A DNA stretch of 64,000 nucleotides from Candidatus Spongiisociaceae bacterium (lineage in GTDB: Bacteria > Actinomycetota > Acidimicrobiia > Spongiisociales > Spongiisociaceae), in the NCBI GenBank assembly GCA_965262915.1, contig OZ253564.1, positions 224,001 through 288,000 of the forward strand. The letters run 5' to 3'. How positions within the stretch are numbered: position 1 is the stretch's first letter; every line of letters begins with the position of its first letter. Under the pieces are notes generated by a model, which was not told where the DNA came from, did no database searches, and saw only the letters and a program-made list of their open reading frames with translations. Shown here piece after piece: positions 46,274-56,190 of this stretch. Position numbers and translations under genes: made by a program.

Positions 46274-48201
46274 GACTCCACCGGCTCGGATACTCGAACT
46301 TTGGGCCGTTCAAGGGCGACCAAGCCATCGAATTGCCTGACCAAGACGGAGTCGTAGTGATCTACGGAGACAACAACCTTGGAAAGACTACGATCCTCAA
46401 TTCCGTTCGGTGGCTCTTCGTCAACAAGTTCATCGAGCGGACTGGCCAGACTCGGGACGACCGAGAGTTGGTGAATCGAGAGGCCATCGCGGAGGCTGGC
46501 GGAGAACCAGTCACCGCCAAGGTCTCGGCGACGGTCACCTGGAGAGGCGACAAATACACATTGACTCGGACCGCAACTCTTGAAGGCGACAAGCTCAAGC
46601 CTGGCCTTGACGTGATACGAGGCTCAGACGCTCTAGGTGCTGAGGAAGCGCTAGCGACTCTGCGGCAGATGATCCCCGAAGAAATACAGCAGTTCTTTCT
46701 CTTCGATGCCGAGGCCCTCAATCGGTATGAGGACCTCTTGCACGACTCGACTGCAGGCGCGGAACTGAAAAACGCGATCGAGCGGATACTCGGTGTACCG
46801 GTCCTGAAGAACGCCATTCAGGACCTCGGTTCGCTCACCGAGAAACACACTAAGGTCATCTCAAGACTGGAAACGCGGGACGCCAAGGCCAAAGCGGCCG
46901 CTAAGTCTCTCTCTCAACTGACTGGTATTCTTGGCAAATGTCGTGAGGACATCGCCAAAATCAAATCCCGCATCCATAAGCTTGAGAACACACGGAGTGA
47001 CATCGAGCAGCAGATGGCCGCCACTGAGAAAGCACGTGCTTTGCTGGATAACCACCGCCGCGCGGCCAGAGATCATAAGAGGGCGGAGGAAGAGTTCGAC
47101 GCTGCCCGCGAAAAGTTCAGGGAGGCGGCTCCACAGGCGTGGACCGCTGTGCTCACGCCAAAGCTTAGGACGATGTTGGACGAGCTAAACGCGGAGCGTG
47201 AGGAGATCGAGTTTGCGCAACGTGCTTTTGACCGAGCGCAGCTACTGATCCAACTTCGGACGGAGCTCAATGAAACGGGTCAGTGCCCATGCTGCGGCCA
47301 TCCAGCGCACCGTGCGGATGTAGAAGAGATCCACTCTGCTCACGATCAGAGCACCACCCTCGCAGTCATTAGGTCTCGCATCGAATCAATTGAGCGAATC
47401 CTTGATCCCGCTGCCGTCGTACGCTTGGACGAACGAAACAGGGTACTGCAGGCGGCGGCTATAAAGGTTAACGACCTCGCGTCTGACCTAGCCGACGCTG
47501 GGGAGCAGATCGAAGGGCTTGACGACCCGCGCCTCGCCGACCTTCCAACACAACTGATGAACACCAAGATGCAGCTAAACAATCGCCGGGCGGACCTCCG
47601 AGGTGCTGAAGCGTTGAAAAGCGAGGATACCGACAATGCCACCCGCTTGGCAGCAGTGATCGCAGAGCGCGGTGGAGAGGCCGGCGCGGCCGCAACGAAG
47701 AAACAGCATCTTCTCACAAGCCTTCAGCACATGTTCTCGGCCGCTATCGACAACTACCGCGAAGATCTCAAACAACGCGTAGAGCGGGAGGCGACAGACG
47801 TGTTCCTGTCGATGCGATCTGACCCGGACTTCGTCCGCCTCTCAATCAACGAGGACTACGGATTGTCGATTGTCCACAAGGACGGTGAATTCGAACCACA
47901 ACGCTCGGCAGGATACGAGCATATTGTCGCTCTCTCGCTCGTAGCCGCCCTCCAGAGGTGTGCTCCGGTACAAGGCCCGATCATTATGGACATGCCCTTC
48001 GCTCGACTCGACCCGAACCACAAGCTCGGTACCCTCAAGGCTCTTCCAACCGTCGCCCAGCAGGTGGTTGTTATCGTTCATGAAGGCGAGATCAATCACG
48101 GCGAAGCACAGAACACGTTGAAGTCGGCGCTGGTCTGCGAGAGACGGCTCACCCGTCGGTCTGCCCGGCACACCGACATACTCGAGTTAGGATCTCCCTG
48201 A
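46270..48201 (+). CDS. DndD/Rad50-like ABC (SMC-type) ATPase with zinc hook
   Basis: Walker A GDNNLGKTT, FFLFDAE, coiled coils with CPCCG, RSAG signature, IIMDMPFARLD. Confidence 0.9.
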   Translation: MRLHRLGYSNFGPFKGDQAIELPDQDGVVVIYGDNNLGKTTILNSVRWLFVNKFIERTGQTRDDRELVNREAIAEAGGEPVTAKVSATVTWRGDKYTLTRTATLEGDKLKPGLDVIRGSDALGAEEALATLRQMIPEEIQQFFLFDAEALNRYEDLLHDSTAGAELKNAIERILGVPVLKNAIQDLGSLTEKHTKVISRLETRDAKAKAAAKSLSQLTGILGKCREDIAKIKSRIHKLENTRSDIEQQMAATEKARALLDNHRRAARDHKRAEEEFDAAREKFREAAPQAWTAVLTPKLRTMLDELNAEREEIEFAQRAFDRAQLLIQLRTELNETGQCPCCGHPAHRADVEEIHSAHDQSTTLAVIRSRIESIERILDPAAVVRLDERNRVLQAAAIKVNDLASDLADAGEQIEGLDDPRLADLPTQLMNTKMQLNNRRADLRGAEALKSEDTDNATRLAAVIAERGGEAGAAATKKQHLLTSLQHMFSAAIDNYREDLKQRVEREATDVFLSMRSDPDFVRLSINEDYGLSIVHKDGEFEPQRSAGYEHIVALSLVAALQRCAPVQGPIIMDMPFARLDPNHKLGTLKALPTVAQQVVVIVHEGEINHGEAQNTLKSALVCERRLTRRSARHTDILELGSP

Positions 48202-48202
48202 G

Positions 48203-48580
48203 ATGGAGAAGACAACCGTAGCATTGACCCCCGATGGCACTGAGGCCTCCCGGCAAATGGACAGCTTCAACATGCCTGAGAAAGCAGACCTCGTGAGATT
48301 GGGGTTTGCCTACGCGGTCACCCGCGGATTCGATCTTGATCGTCCAGACAACTTTGGTGTACCGGGCGGCAAGGACAACTACACCGCCAACACAGGGACT
48401 CTCGATCCTGATCGGAAGATCGAAGGGCTAGTTGTAGCTGTCTATGGTGAACGCGACGAACCATACTTGGCTGTCGAAACCCTCGCCAACAAGGGGCTTC
48501 TGGCCATCGCCGAGGCACTAGATTCCGGTGAAATTGGCACCATCTCGGATCTCCTCCCAGAAAGTGATCCACTCCCGTAG
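48203..48580 (+). CDS. Small DndE-like/PbeD-like protein (putative)
   Basis: Starts 1 nt after the ATPase stop; DLVRLGFAYAV...TLDPD...PYLAVETLANKGL. Confidence 0.65.
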   Translation: MEKTTVALTPDGTEASRQMDSFNMPEKADLVRLGFAYAVTRGFDLDRPDNFGVPGGKDNYTANTGTLDPDRKIEGLVVAVYGERDEPYLAVETLANKGLLAIAEALDSGEIGTISDLLPESDPLP

Positions 48581-48663
48581 TTCGACGGTGCCCATGAGTG
48601 CCTTTCCATAGACCTTCTCAGCGTCGCAAGGTTCGGCGCTCACAGTGCCCTCAAGAAAATCGA

Positions 48664-48926
48664 GGCTGCGCGCAAACGTGGGTTTTGGCTGTGCTGGTCG
48701 GTGTGTGGGTCATGATGTTACGAGGATTGCTCGGGCTGCAAAGTTATCGGGGTTGGTGAACCCGTGAGCGACGCGTCGTAGGACTCGGGTGGAGGTTGTT
48801 GATCCCTTCGATGGGTCCGTTGGATGCTCGCCTGTTGCCGTGGTAGGCCAGGATTTCTTCTCCCCAGGCGATGATGGTGTCCACAATGTTGTGGTATTCG
48901 CGGTGTCTGTCCGGTGGCGAAGAGCC
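48664..48926 (-). mobile_element. Internally deleted ISL3-type remnant
   Basis: IR-like CGAAGAGCC at 48918-48926; encodes AWGEEILAYH..RASNGPIEGINNL. Confidence 0.6.
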
Positions 48927-49071
48927 GCTAAAGGGCCTCAACCTCAAAGCGGCTCTTCGGAAATGAGTGGGGAGTAGGGGATCTGCCAGGGGGAGTTGGA
49001 ATCCACCAGAAGTGAGGAGGGGTCCTCCATAATCGGGTGTTGGTAATGACATCCGAGGCAGGAGGACCCCT

Positions 49072-50370
49072 GTGGAAGCTGATCCTACGCGCATGTGCGA
49101 GAAGTTGGTAGGCCTAGGTGAGGTTGATCTGGTAGGGATCAACGACCCGGGCGAGGAGGCACCGTTGGAGGTGGTGATCCGGTCCCGCAAGCCCCGGCCG
49201 TTGTGTGAGTCCTGTGGCGGGTCGGTGTGGTCGAAGGGCTATCGGAGCGTGGTGTTGGTGGATTTACCGGCGTTCGGCCGGCCTGTGCGGCTGCGGTGGC
49301 GGAAACGGCGCTGGACATGTCCGAACCCGGACTGTGCGCTCAGATCGTTCATCGAACAAGACCCCAAGATTGGTCCCCAACGGGCGTTGTTGACATCCCG
49401 AGCGGCCCGGTGGGTGACCATCCAGGTGGGTGGGCGGGGCCGTTCGGTCGACGAGGTCGCCGCAGAACTTGGTTGTGATTGGCATACGGTGAACAAAGAG
49501 GTTGGCTGCTGGGGCGAAGCGCTGCTGGAAGCAGACACCGATCGGGTCGGGACCGTCGAAGCTGTGGGAGTGGACGAGACGTTGTTCTGGCGTCGGGGCC
49601 GTTGGCGTACCAAAGTCTGGTGCACCTCTGTCGTCGACGTTGGCGGCCACCAGCTGATCGACATAGTCCCTGGTAGAACAGCAGAAAGCGCCGCAGCCTG
49701 GTTCCGGTCACAACCCACCGAATGGTGTGAGGCTATCCGCTGGGCGGTGTTGGACATGTCCGGTTCGTATCGGAAGGCGTATGACAGGGTGCTACCGCAC
49801 GCGCTGCAGGTAGCGGACCCGTTCCACGTCATACGCCTCGCCAACCAGCGACTCGACGAGGTACGACGAAGAGTCCAAAACGAAACCCTCGGGCATCGAG
49901 GCCGCAAGGACGACCCGCTGTATCGGATACGCCGCCTCCTAACCGCCGCGCATGAGAGGATCAGCGACCGCGGTCAAACACGGCTGCGTGGTCTCCTCGA
50001 TGCTGGTGACCCCTACGGGGAAGTGCGCACAGCCTGGCACGCGAAAGAGACGGTACGAGGCATCTACGGGATCGAGAGTCCGGTCCTTGCTCTCCGATAC
50101 ACCCTCCAGCTCGCAGACGACCTCCAACACGAATCCTGCCCACCCGAGATCAACAAGCTAGGTCGCACCATCGCCCGCTGGACCCCCCAGATCACCAACT
50201 GGCACATCTCGAAGGTAACCAACGGACCCACCGAAGCCCTCAACAACCTCATCAAACGGATCAAACGAGCAGCGTTCGGGTTCCGCAACTTCGCGAACTA
50301 CCGAATCCGGGCCCTTCTCTACGCGGGGAAACCCAACTGGGACCTACTCCCATCGGTCACTCCCCACTGA
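49072..50370 (+). CDS. ISL3 transposase
   Basis: Near-identical to 16977-18275. Confidence 0.95.
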   Translation: MEADPTRMCEKLVGLGEVDLVGINDPGEEAPLEVVIRSRKPRPLCESCGGSVWSKGYRSVVLVDLPAFGRPVRLRWRKRRWTCPNPDCALRSFIEQDPKIGPQRALLTSRAARWVTIQVGGRGRSVDEVAAELGCDWHTVNKEVGCWGEALLEADTDRVGTVEAVGVDETLFWRRGRWRTKVWCTSVVDVGGHQLIDIVPGRTAESAAAWFRSQPTEWCEAIRWAVLDMSGSYRKAYDRVLPHALQVADPFHVIRLANQRLDEVRRRVQNETLGHRGRKDDPLYRIRRLLTAAHERISDRGQTRLRGLLDAGDPYGEVRTAWHAKETVRGIYGIESPVLALRYTLQLADDLQHESCPPEINKLGRTIARWTPQITNWHISKVTNGPTEALNNLIKRIKRAAFGFRNFANYRIRALLYAGKPNWDLLPSVTPH

Positions 50371-50384
50371 AATCCACTCATACT

Positions 50385-50580
50385 TAGAAGGTTCCTGGGC
50401 TGGGACGGGTCTGACCCAACTGAAATCTGGCTTTGTGCCTTTTCATCGATCTGTCGGCCTGTTCCCAGCTTGGGGGTGTAACCCCCTGGGCCGGGGCGGA
50501 TGTGACCTTATAGGAGCTTTGATCTTCCTCCACCGTGAGTGGCCTGTCCACCGCTTGCCGGGTCCGGGGATCGGAAATGA
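50385..50580 (+). ncRNA. Putative IS110 bridge RNA
   Basis: Two stem-flanked internal loops carrying ACTGAAATC/TCATCGAT (target) and ATAGGAGC/TGAGTGG (donor) segments; exact RNA ends unknown. Confidence 0.8.
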
Positions 50581-50607
50581 TTCTATCCCGCAGAGGAGGA
50601 AGGTGTC

Positions 50608-51837
50608 ATGGGAGAAGATGGTCGGGTTGTGTTCGGTGGGGTTGACACCCATCGTGATACCCATGTTGCGGCGGTGGTTGATGGCGCCGGTCGGGTCCTG
50701 GGAACGGCACCGTTCGGGGCTGATCCGGTCGGATATGAGCAGATGACCAGGTGGTCCGGAACCCACGGGCACCTGCTCCGGGTAGGAGTGGAGGGCACCG
50801 GCAGCTACGGCGCCGGCCTAGCCCGCTATCTGATGGCGGCGGGCATCGAGGTGGTAGAAGTGAACCGGCCGAACCGGCAGCTACGCCGCCAGCGGGGCGG
50901 CAAGACCGACAGTGTCGACGCCGAGGCGGCAGCTCGGGCAGCGGCCTCGGGGCAAGCTACCGCAGTTCCCAAATCTGGTGACGGACCGGTTGAGTGCATA
51001 CGGATGTTGTTGATGGCCCGCCGCTCGGCTACCAAGGCCCGCACCCAGGCCGCTAACCAGATACATTCTGTGACCGTTACCGCACCTGAGCCGCTAAAAC
51101 GCCAGCTCAGAGGTCTCAAGCTCAAGGCTCGGGTTCGGGTCTGTGCCCGCTGGCGTCCCGGTGAAGCACAGACCACAGCCGCGTACGCGAAGATGGCTCT
51201 ACGCTACCTGGCCCGCCGATACCAATCCCTCGACACAGAAATCGCAGAACTCAAGATCGAGATCCGTCGCCTCTGCGCCGAGGCTAACCCGGCTCTGTTA
51301 GCCGCCACCGGTGTGGGCCCTGACAGCGCTGCTGCGCTGCTAGTCGCTGCCGGCGACAACCCCGGGCGGATGAAATCGGAACGGTCCTTCGCTGCGCTCT
51401 GCGGCGCCAGCCCCGTCCAGGCATCATCGGGACAGACCATCCGGCACCGTCTCAACCGGGGCGGCAACCGCCAAGCCAACAGCGCACTCTGGCGGATCGC
51501 TACCACCCGGATACGCCACGACGCTGCCACCAAAGAATACGTGGCACGGCGCCAAGGGGAAGGAAAGAACCGAAAAGAGATCATCCGCTGCCTCAAGCGG
51601 CACATCGCCCGAGAGGTCTACCGCCTCTTGACCAACCCGCCACCAACCCCGAACTGCGCCCGGCTCCGCCGCCGACGTCAACACGCCAACATCACCGTCA
51701 CCCAGGCCGCCCAACAGCTCGGAACCCACCCCAGCCGCATCTCCGCACTCGAACGCGGCCGAGACCACAACCACCAACTCGCCAGCCGATACCAGACCTG
51801 GCTCCTAACCCACCAACCGGCCCCATCACCGACTTGA
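50608..51837 (+). CDS. IS110 recombinase/transposase with extra C-terminal XRE-like HTH
   Basis: GGVDTH, VEGTGSYG, KTDSVDA, GVGP, PVQASSG, RLNRGGNRQAN; tail LRRRRQHANITVTQAAQQLGTHPSRISALERG. Confidence 0.95.
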   Translation: MGEDGRVVFGGVDTHRDTHVAAVVDGAGRVLGTAPFGADPVGYEQMTRWSGTHGHLLRVGVEGTGSYGAGLARYLMAAGIEVVEVNRPNRQLRRQRGGKTDSVDAEAAARAAASGQATAVPKSGDGPVECIRMLLMARRSATKARTQAANQIHSVTVTAPEPLKRQLRGLKLKARVRVCARWRPGEAQTTAAYAKMALRYLARRYQSLDTEIAELKIEIRRLCAEANPALLAATGVGPDSAAALLVAAGDNPGRMKSERSFAALCGASPVQASSGQTIRHRLNRGGNRQANSALWRIATTRIRHDAATKEYVARRQGEGKNRKEIIRCLKRHIAREVYRLLTNPPPTPNCARLRRRRQHANITVTQAAQQLGTHPSRISALERGRDHNHQLASRYQTWLLTHQPAPSPT

Positions 51838-51869
51838 CAACCATAGGAGCATCGATGAGCCCTCAAAGC

Positions 51870-52596
51870 TCGGGTCAAGATCTGCGCGCGGTTCCGACCC
51901 GGCACAGACCACACCACCACCGCCCACGCGAAGGGTGCTCTGCGGCACCTGGTCCGCAGATACCAGACGCTCACTGCTGAGATCACCGAACTCGACACAC
52001 AGATCACAGATCTCTGCGCGAAAGCGAACCCGGCGCTTTTGGCAGCTCGCGGGGTCGGCCCTGACACAGCAGCGGCTCTCCTCGTGGCGGCAGGCGACAA
52101 CCCCCAGCGCATGAACTCAGCCACAGCCTTCGCTGCCCTAATGTGGTTCCAGCCCCGTCCCCGCATCATCGGGGAGAACAGTCCGGCATCGTCTCAACCG
52201 GGGAGGCAACCGCAAAACCAACAACGCTCTGTGGCCGATGCGCTACCACCCGGATACACAACGACGCCCGCACCCAAGCCTATGTAGCCAAACGAGAAGC
52301 GAAGGCAAGAACCGTAAAGAGATCATCCGCTGCCTCAAGTGGCACATCGCCCGAGAAGTCTACCGGCTGCTGCCCAACCCGCCCCCAACCCCGAACTGCG
52401 CCCGCCTACACGCCCGCCGCCGGGCAAGCCAACATCACTATCACCCAGGCCGCCCAACACCTCGGAACCCGCCCGGCCCGTATCTCAGAACTCGAACTCG
52501 GACGCAACCACAACCACCAGCTAGCAACCCAATACCAGAACTGGCTCCGCACCCGCCAACCGGCCCCGTCCCCGATTTGACAACCATAGGAGCATC
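51870..52596 (+). pseudogene. Degenerate 3' half of a related IS110 (a 24-bp piece lies at 48927-48950)
   Basis: Frameshifted homologue of 51120-51853 with the same end TTGACAACCATAGGAGCATC followed by GATGAGCC. Confidence 0.88.
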
Positions 52597-52779
52597 GATG
52601 AGCCCCATTAGTTACACTGGCCAGAGTTAGCGTTCTCATAAACAGCTATCTACCTGGGATAACAGGAAAACGGGCCCACAACTGTCGGTAAATGGGGATT
52701 ACAAACTTGTCTAGTCAAGTATGTAATCCCCTTCCTTTGCTCAGTCGTTCCGTCGGGTGTGTTCGACCAGACCTGCCGC

Positions 52780-53480
52780 GAATGAGCCTTCGGCGGCGGC
52801 GTCGGGGCCTGCCGACATTCGGCTGCTCGTGGACATACTCGGATACACCACCCCAGAAGAAGTAGAGGAAACCACCACATCCGTCTTCGGGAACGAACCC
52901 CTACCAGAAGGCTGCGTAGCCACCATCGCAACCCTGTTGACGTGACAGCACGCCCAGCATCCCGCGGTGCTCACAGTCGCGCTCCGGAACAGCTTGACAG
53001 CACCGAATGGTGGCCGGGGCCCCCGGTAGTGGCTCTGGACCGTGGTCGGGTTGCGGGCGGCGGCGTTGCGTGTGTACCAGTTGGGTGGAGTTCCCTGATA
53101 GGCCTAGGCGTTTGGCGCCTGTCCGGCTGTGTCAACCGATTTGCACGAATCGATCTCAGCGCTCGAAGTTCGTTGCCACCCGGAACAGATCGCCGGGGCG
53201 CTTGCTCTCGGACCCACCAGCCTCCGCGTGACTGAGCCCACCGCGGGAATGGTGGATCTCCAAGCTGGCATGAACGTGTGCTTCACTGGAACAGCCGTGA
53301 TCCATGGTGCCCCAGCAAACCGGCACCTGTTGGAGAAGATTGCCACACTGGTTGGGATGCGGTCGCTAAGTCCGTGACTAAGAAATGTGACCTACTCGTG
53401 GCTGCTGATCCCCTGTCGCAGTCCGGCAAAGCCCGAACCGCGCGGCAGCGAGGCATCCCGATCATCAGCGTTGAGACTTC
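52780..53480 (+). pseudogene. BRCT-domain protein remnant
   Basis: VCFTG...(frameshift)SVTKKCDLLVAADPLSQSGKARTARQRGIPII. Confidence 0.65.
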
Positions 53481-53926
53481 CTCAACGCAACGTGACACCT
53501 ACACCAGGGCACGACTGGCAGTCCGCCTGCGAAACCGCGGCGCTTCCCTGTCATGGGGGTCGATGAGCGTCGTCCTCTACGGGCAGGTCCCGGTCGAACT
53601 CTCTGAGCAACGTCCCGGGTCAGCTGCCGAGGACCTTGAGACAGCCGTCATCAACACCAACCTATGGGGCCGCCCGGCGGCGCTGGGTCACTCGCTCTGA
53701 GTGAGCTCGTAGTCAAGCCGCACGCTAGTGACACCGGTCGTAACACCGGCCAGGGTCAGCCTCCTCGAATCTACCTATCTACCAGGCACAATAGGCGGAG
53801 ATCGCTCGGTTGGGAGGGAAAGGTATATAATTCCCCAACGAATCGGTAGTTCAGGCTAAACCGAGGCTGATTGCACCGTCGAGCCTTCATCCGCCGGTCT
53901 TCGGCTAGAGAGAAACCTCGTGGTGC

Positions 53927-54202
53927 CTAGGTGTTCAGCCGTTTGGCTTCCGCACGGACATGCGGCGGTACCCGAGAGCGTGTGATGATCGACAAGGCGT
54001 CTCGGGCTCGGCCGGCCCGGATAATCCGCCGCGCGTTGCTCACGCGACTCCGGGTCGCTCTGGTTCTGTAGCCCCTGTCGTCTGCGAGTTGTGCCACGAT
54101 GTCGGCCGCTTCCACAGACTCGTCCGAGAACAACTCGTAGTACGCGACGAAACACTCTTTGCCGACAGATCGAAGAGCGCCACGAAGCTGGTAGTCGTTC
54201 AC
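53927..54202 (-). CDS. Hypothetical protein
   Basis: Protein-like 91-aa ORF LRSVGKECFVAYYELF...ARRIIRAG. Confidence 0.55.
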   Translation of the reverse strand: MNDYQLRGALRSVGKECFVAYYELFSDESVEAADIVAQLADDRGYRTRATRSRVSNARRIIRAGRARDALSIITRSRVPPHVRAEAKRLNT

Positions 54203-54644
54203 CAAGACGATCAGCGTCGCCGGATCAGCTCGACCGTGGCGTACATGGCCAGTCCCACCGCGAGCGCCCATAGCGCGTACGCTCCCGGCACGGACGCCTG
54301 TAATCCGACACCGAGGCCGAGGTAGCCCAGGATGACAGCGGCCAAGTACAGCCCGGCGACTTGGCGGCCTTCACTACTTGGGGCTGATCGCTCGGCTGAG
54401 CGACAGGCGGATGACCCGCAAACCCACCAGCACGGTAACAAGAGCGGCGCCGCCGGCCCACCACCCCACTTCTTCCCACACCAGCCAGCCGGTCGCGGCA
54501 AGCATCACGATCACGAGTATCCGCTTCATGGCATGGGCACCCGAGCAGCACTACGCATCCGCCGAGACCATACCCATCGTGAAGCAGTGTTGCAATAGGA
54601 ACGCGTAGGCTGGGAGGTCCGCAGATCCAGAGCCGGATCATCTG

Positions 54645-55469
54645 GTGCGGCATGTGCCGTCGCTTGCAGGGGCGGTGGAGGCCTTCCGCCAGTCCCTAGC
54701 CCCACTCGTCGAAGCAGAAGGCGACACCGGGCCTGTCACCGACCTCCAACCGGTGACGGCTGTGGTCGGGACGCGGTGGGATGGAGGCGCGCCGGTGCGG
54801 TGGAAGACCCGACGCGTCCATCCGGGCATTGCTACCTGGTGTGGGGAGCGGTGGCCCCTGGCCGAGGATCCGCTGGCCGGGGTGCCGCCCCGCCGACTGA
54901 GAGCCGATAACACGAGGGCGATCCCGCTCGGGGATCTCGAGGAGTTGTAGCGCCGCCGTCTGGTGCCGCTCCTGGAGAAGACGCTGCGGCGGATGCTGTA
55001 CGAAACCGGGGCCAAAGCGTCGGAGGTGCTAGCCCTCGACGTGGAGGACCTTGACCGTACGAGCTGGCGGGCCCGGATCCGTTCCTGACGCGACAATACG
55101 GACGTGGTCGTGTGGGCGGCGCCCACCGCCCGCCTACTTGGCCCCTACCTCGCCGACGGCACCACCGCCCGCTGTTACTGACCCGATGGAAGACCCGCAC
55201 CGTCCCCCCACGGCGTCCCCTGTACGAACCGACCGGCCAAGCCCGACACGCCTGCCGGACCGCCGCGGCCGACTTCCGCAAACGCACCGCCGAGTGGACC
55301 CTCCACCAGCTCCGCTCTCACCCATCTAGCTGAAGCCGGAGCCTACGCGGGCATGCTGCAGGCGAGAAGCCGGAACCAGGATCTACGTACTGCGTCGGTG
55401 TACACCCGACCCGGCATCGAAGCAGTCGCGCAACTGACCCCAGATCAGTTCGACCACCGGTCTAGCTGA
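54645..55469 (+). pseudogene. Degenerate XerC/D-like tyrosine recombinase
   Basis: MLYETGAKASEVLALDVEDLD, WTLHQLR, HLAEAG, VYTRPG across stops and frameshifts. Confidence 0.8.
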
Positions 55470-55678
55470 CCAGAACGCCACTTCCAACTGGCGAGCCGCG
55501 CCTAGATGTAATCGGGCCCGGGTCGGAAACGACGGGCGATGGACCCCGCAACGCACGGGGTCGTTCATCGCGATTCGATGTGATTAGCATGACCGCCGCC
55601 GTCCAAACACGAAGTTACAGGGGAAGTGATAACCAGTTATCCAAACTGGCCATCTAGCTGGGTATATGTACAATCTAA

Positions 55679-55770
55679 GGCGGAGGGAGTGGGATTCGAA
55701 CCCACGAGGCGCGGTATACGCCAACACGCTTTCCAGGCGTGCGCACTAGGCCAGACTATGCGATCCCTCC
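55679..55770 (-). tRNA. tRNA-Ser(GGA), island target
   Basis: Anticodon arm CACGC-CT-GGA-AA-GCGTG; GGTTCGAATCC. Confidence 0.96.
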
Positions 55771-55879
55771 AGAGTGGTGGATTGTAGGGTGTGTGCTCAA
55801 GAACGGGACTGGCGTTGGCCCGGCTCCGCTGCGGAGAGTGAGCTCGGGCAGCGGGCCAACGGTTCCCGCTAGACTCTCG

Positions 55880-56162
55880 GGGCGGCCGTGCTACGTGGGG
55901 CGCTAGGGGTGTCCTGTAGCCCGAAACCCTCTACATGCGGGGCGGAATGCCTGTCGAAGGGTGTCGGGGTCCCGTAGGTATGCGGTCGGCACGTGGTGTT
56001 GACGGCCGGGTCCTACGCAGCGGGACCTTCGTGAACCGGGTCAGATCCGGGAGGAAGCAGCCCTAAGCGAAGTGTTCCGGGTGCCGTAGGGTTGCCGGGC
56101 CCGAACCGGCGACCGGCTCGCGCCACGAGATCCGCATCCGACGGTGGGCTGCACGGCTGCCC
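55880..56162 (+). ncRNA. ffs: Signal recognition particle RNA, large (Alu-domain) type
   Basis: Domain IV motif GTCAGATCCGGGAGGAAGCAGC near 56040; terminal stem GGGCGGCCGTGC / GCACGGCTGCCC; TAGACT -10 at 55870. Confidence 0.85.
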
Positions 56163-56190
56163 GAATCCTTGCCCGAGCGTCGGTAGGTGT

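Larger units (their letters stand above)
50375..51853 (+). mobile_element. IS110-family element, complete
   Basis: No IRs; ATC shared at both junctions; TTGACA near the right end (51834-51839) and CATACT near the left end would form a circle-junction promoter. Confidence 0.9.
48951..51861 (+). mobile_element. ISL3 copy whose right IR is split by an IS110
   Basis: Left IR at 48951; right IR ACTGAAATC (50366-50374) + GATGAGCC (51854-51861); TSD CTCAAAGC at 48943-48950 and 51862-51869. Confidence 0.9.

Noticed and set aside
43889-48580. Calling the operon a complete Dnd phosphorothioation or Wadjet system
   Set aside because: No dndA/dndC or JetD-like topoisomerase-fold gene is visible; only the ATPase and small proteins are Dnd-like
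54211-54640. Membrane protein gene
   Set aside because: Hydrophobic segments are split by stops and frameshifts; identity unsupported
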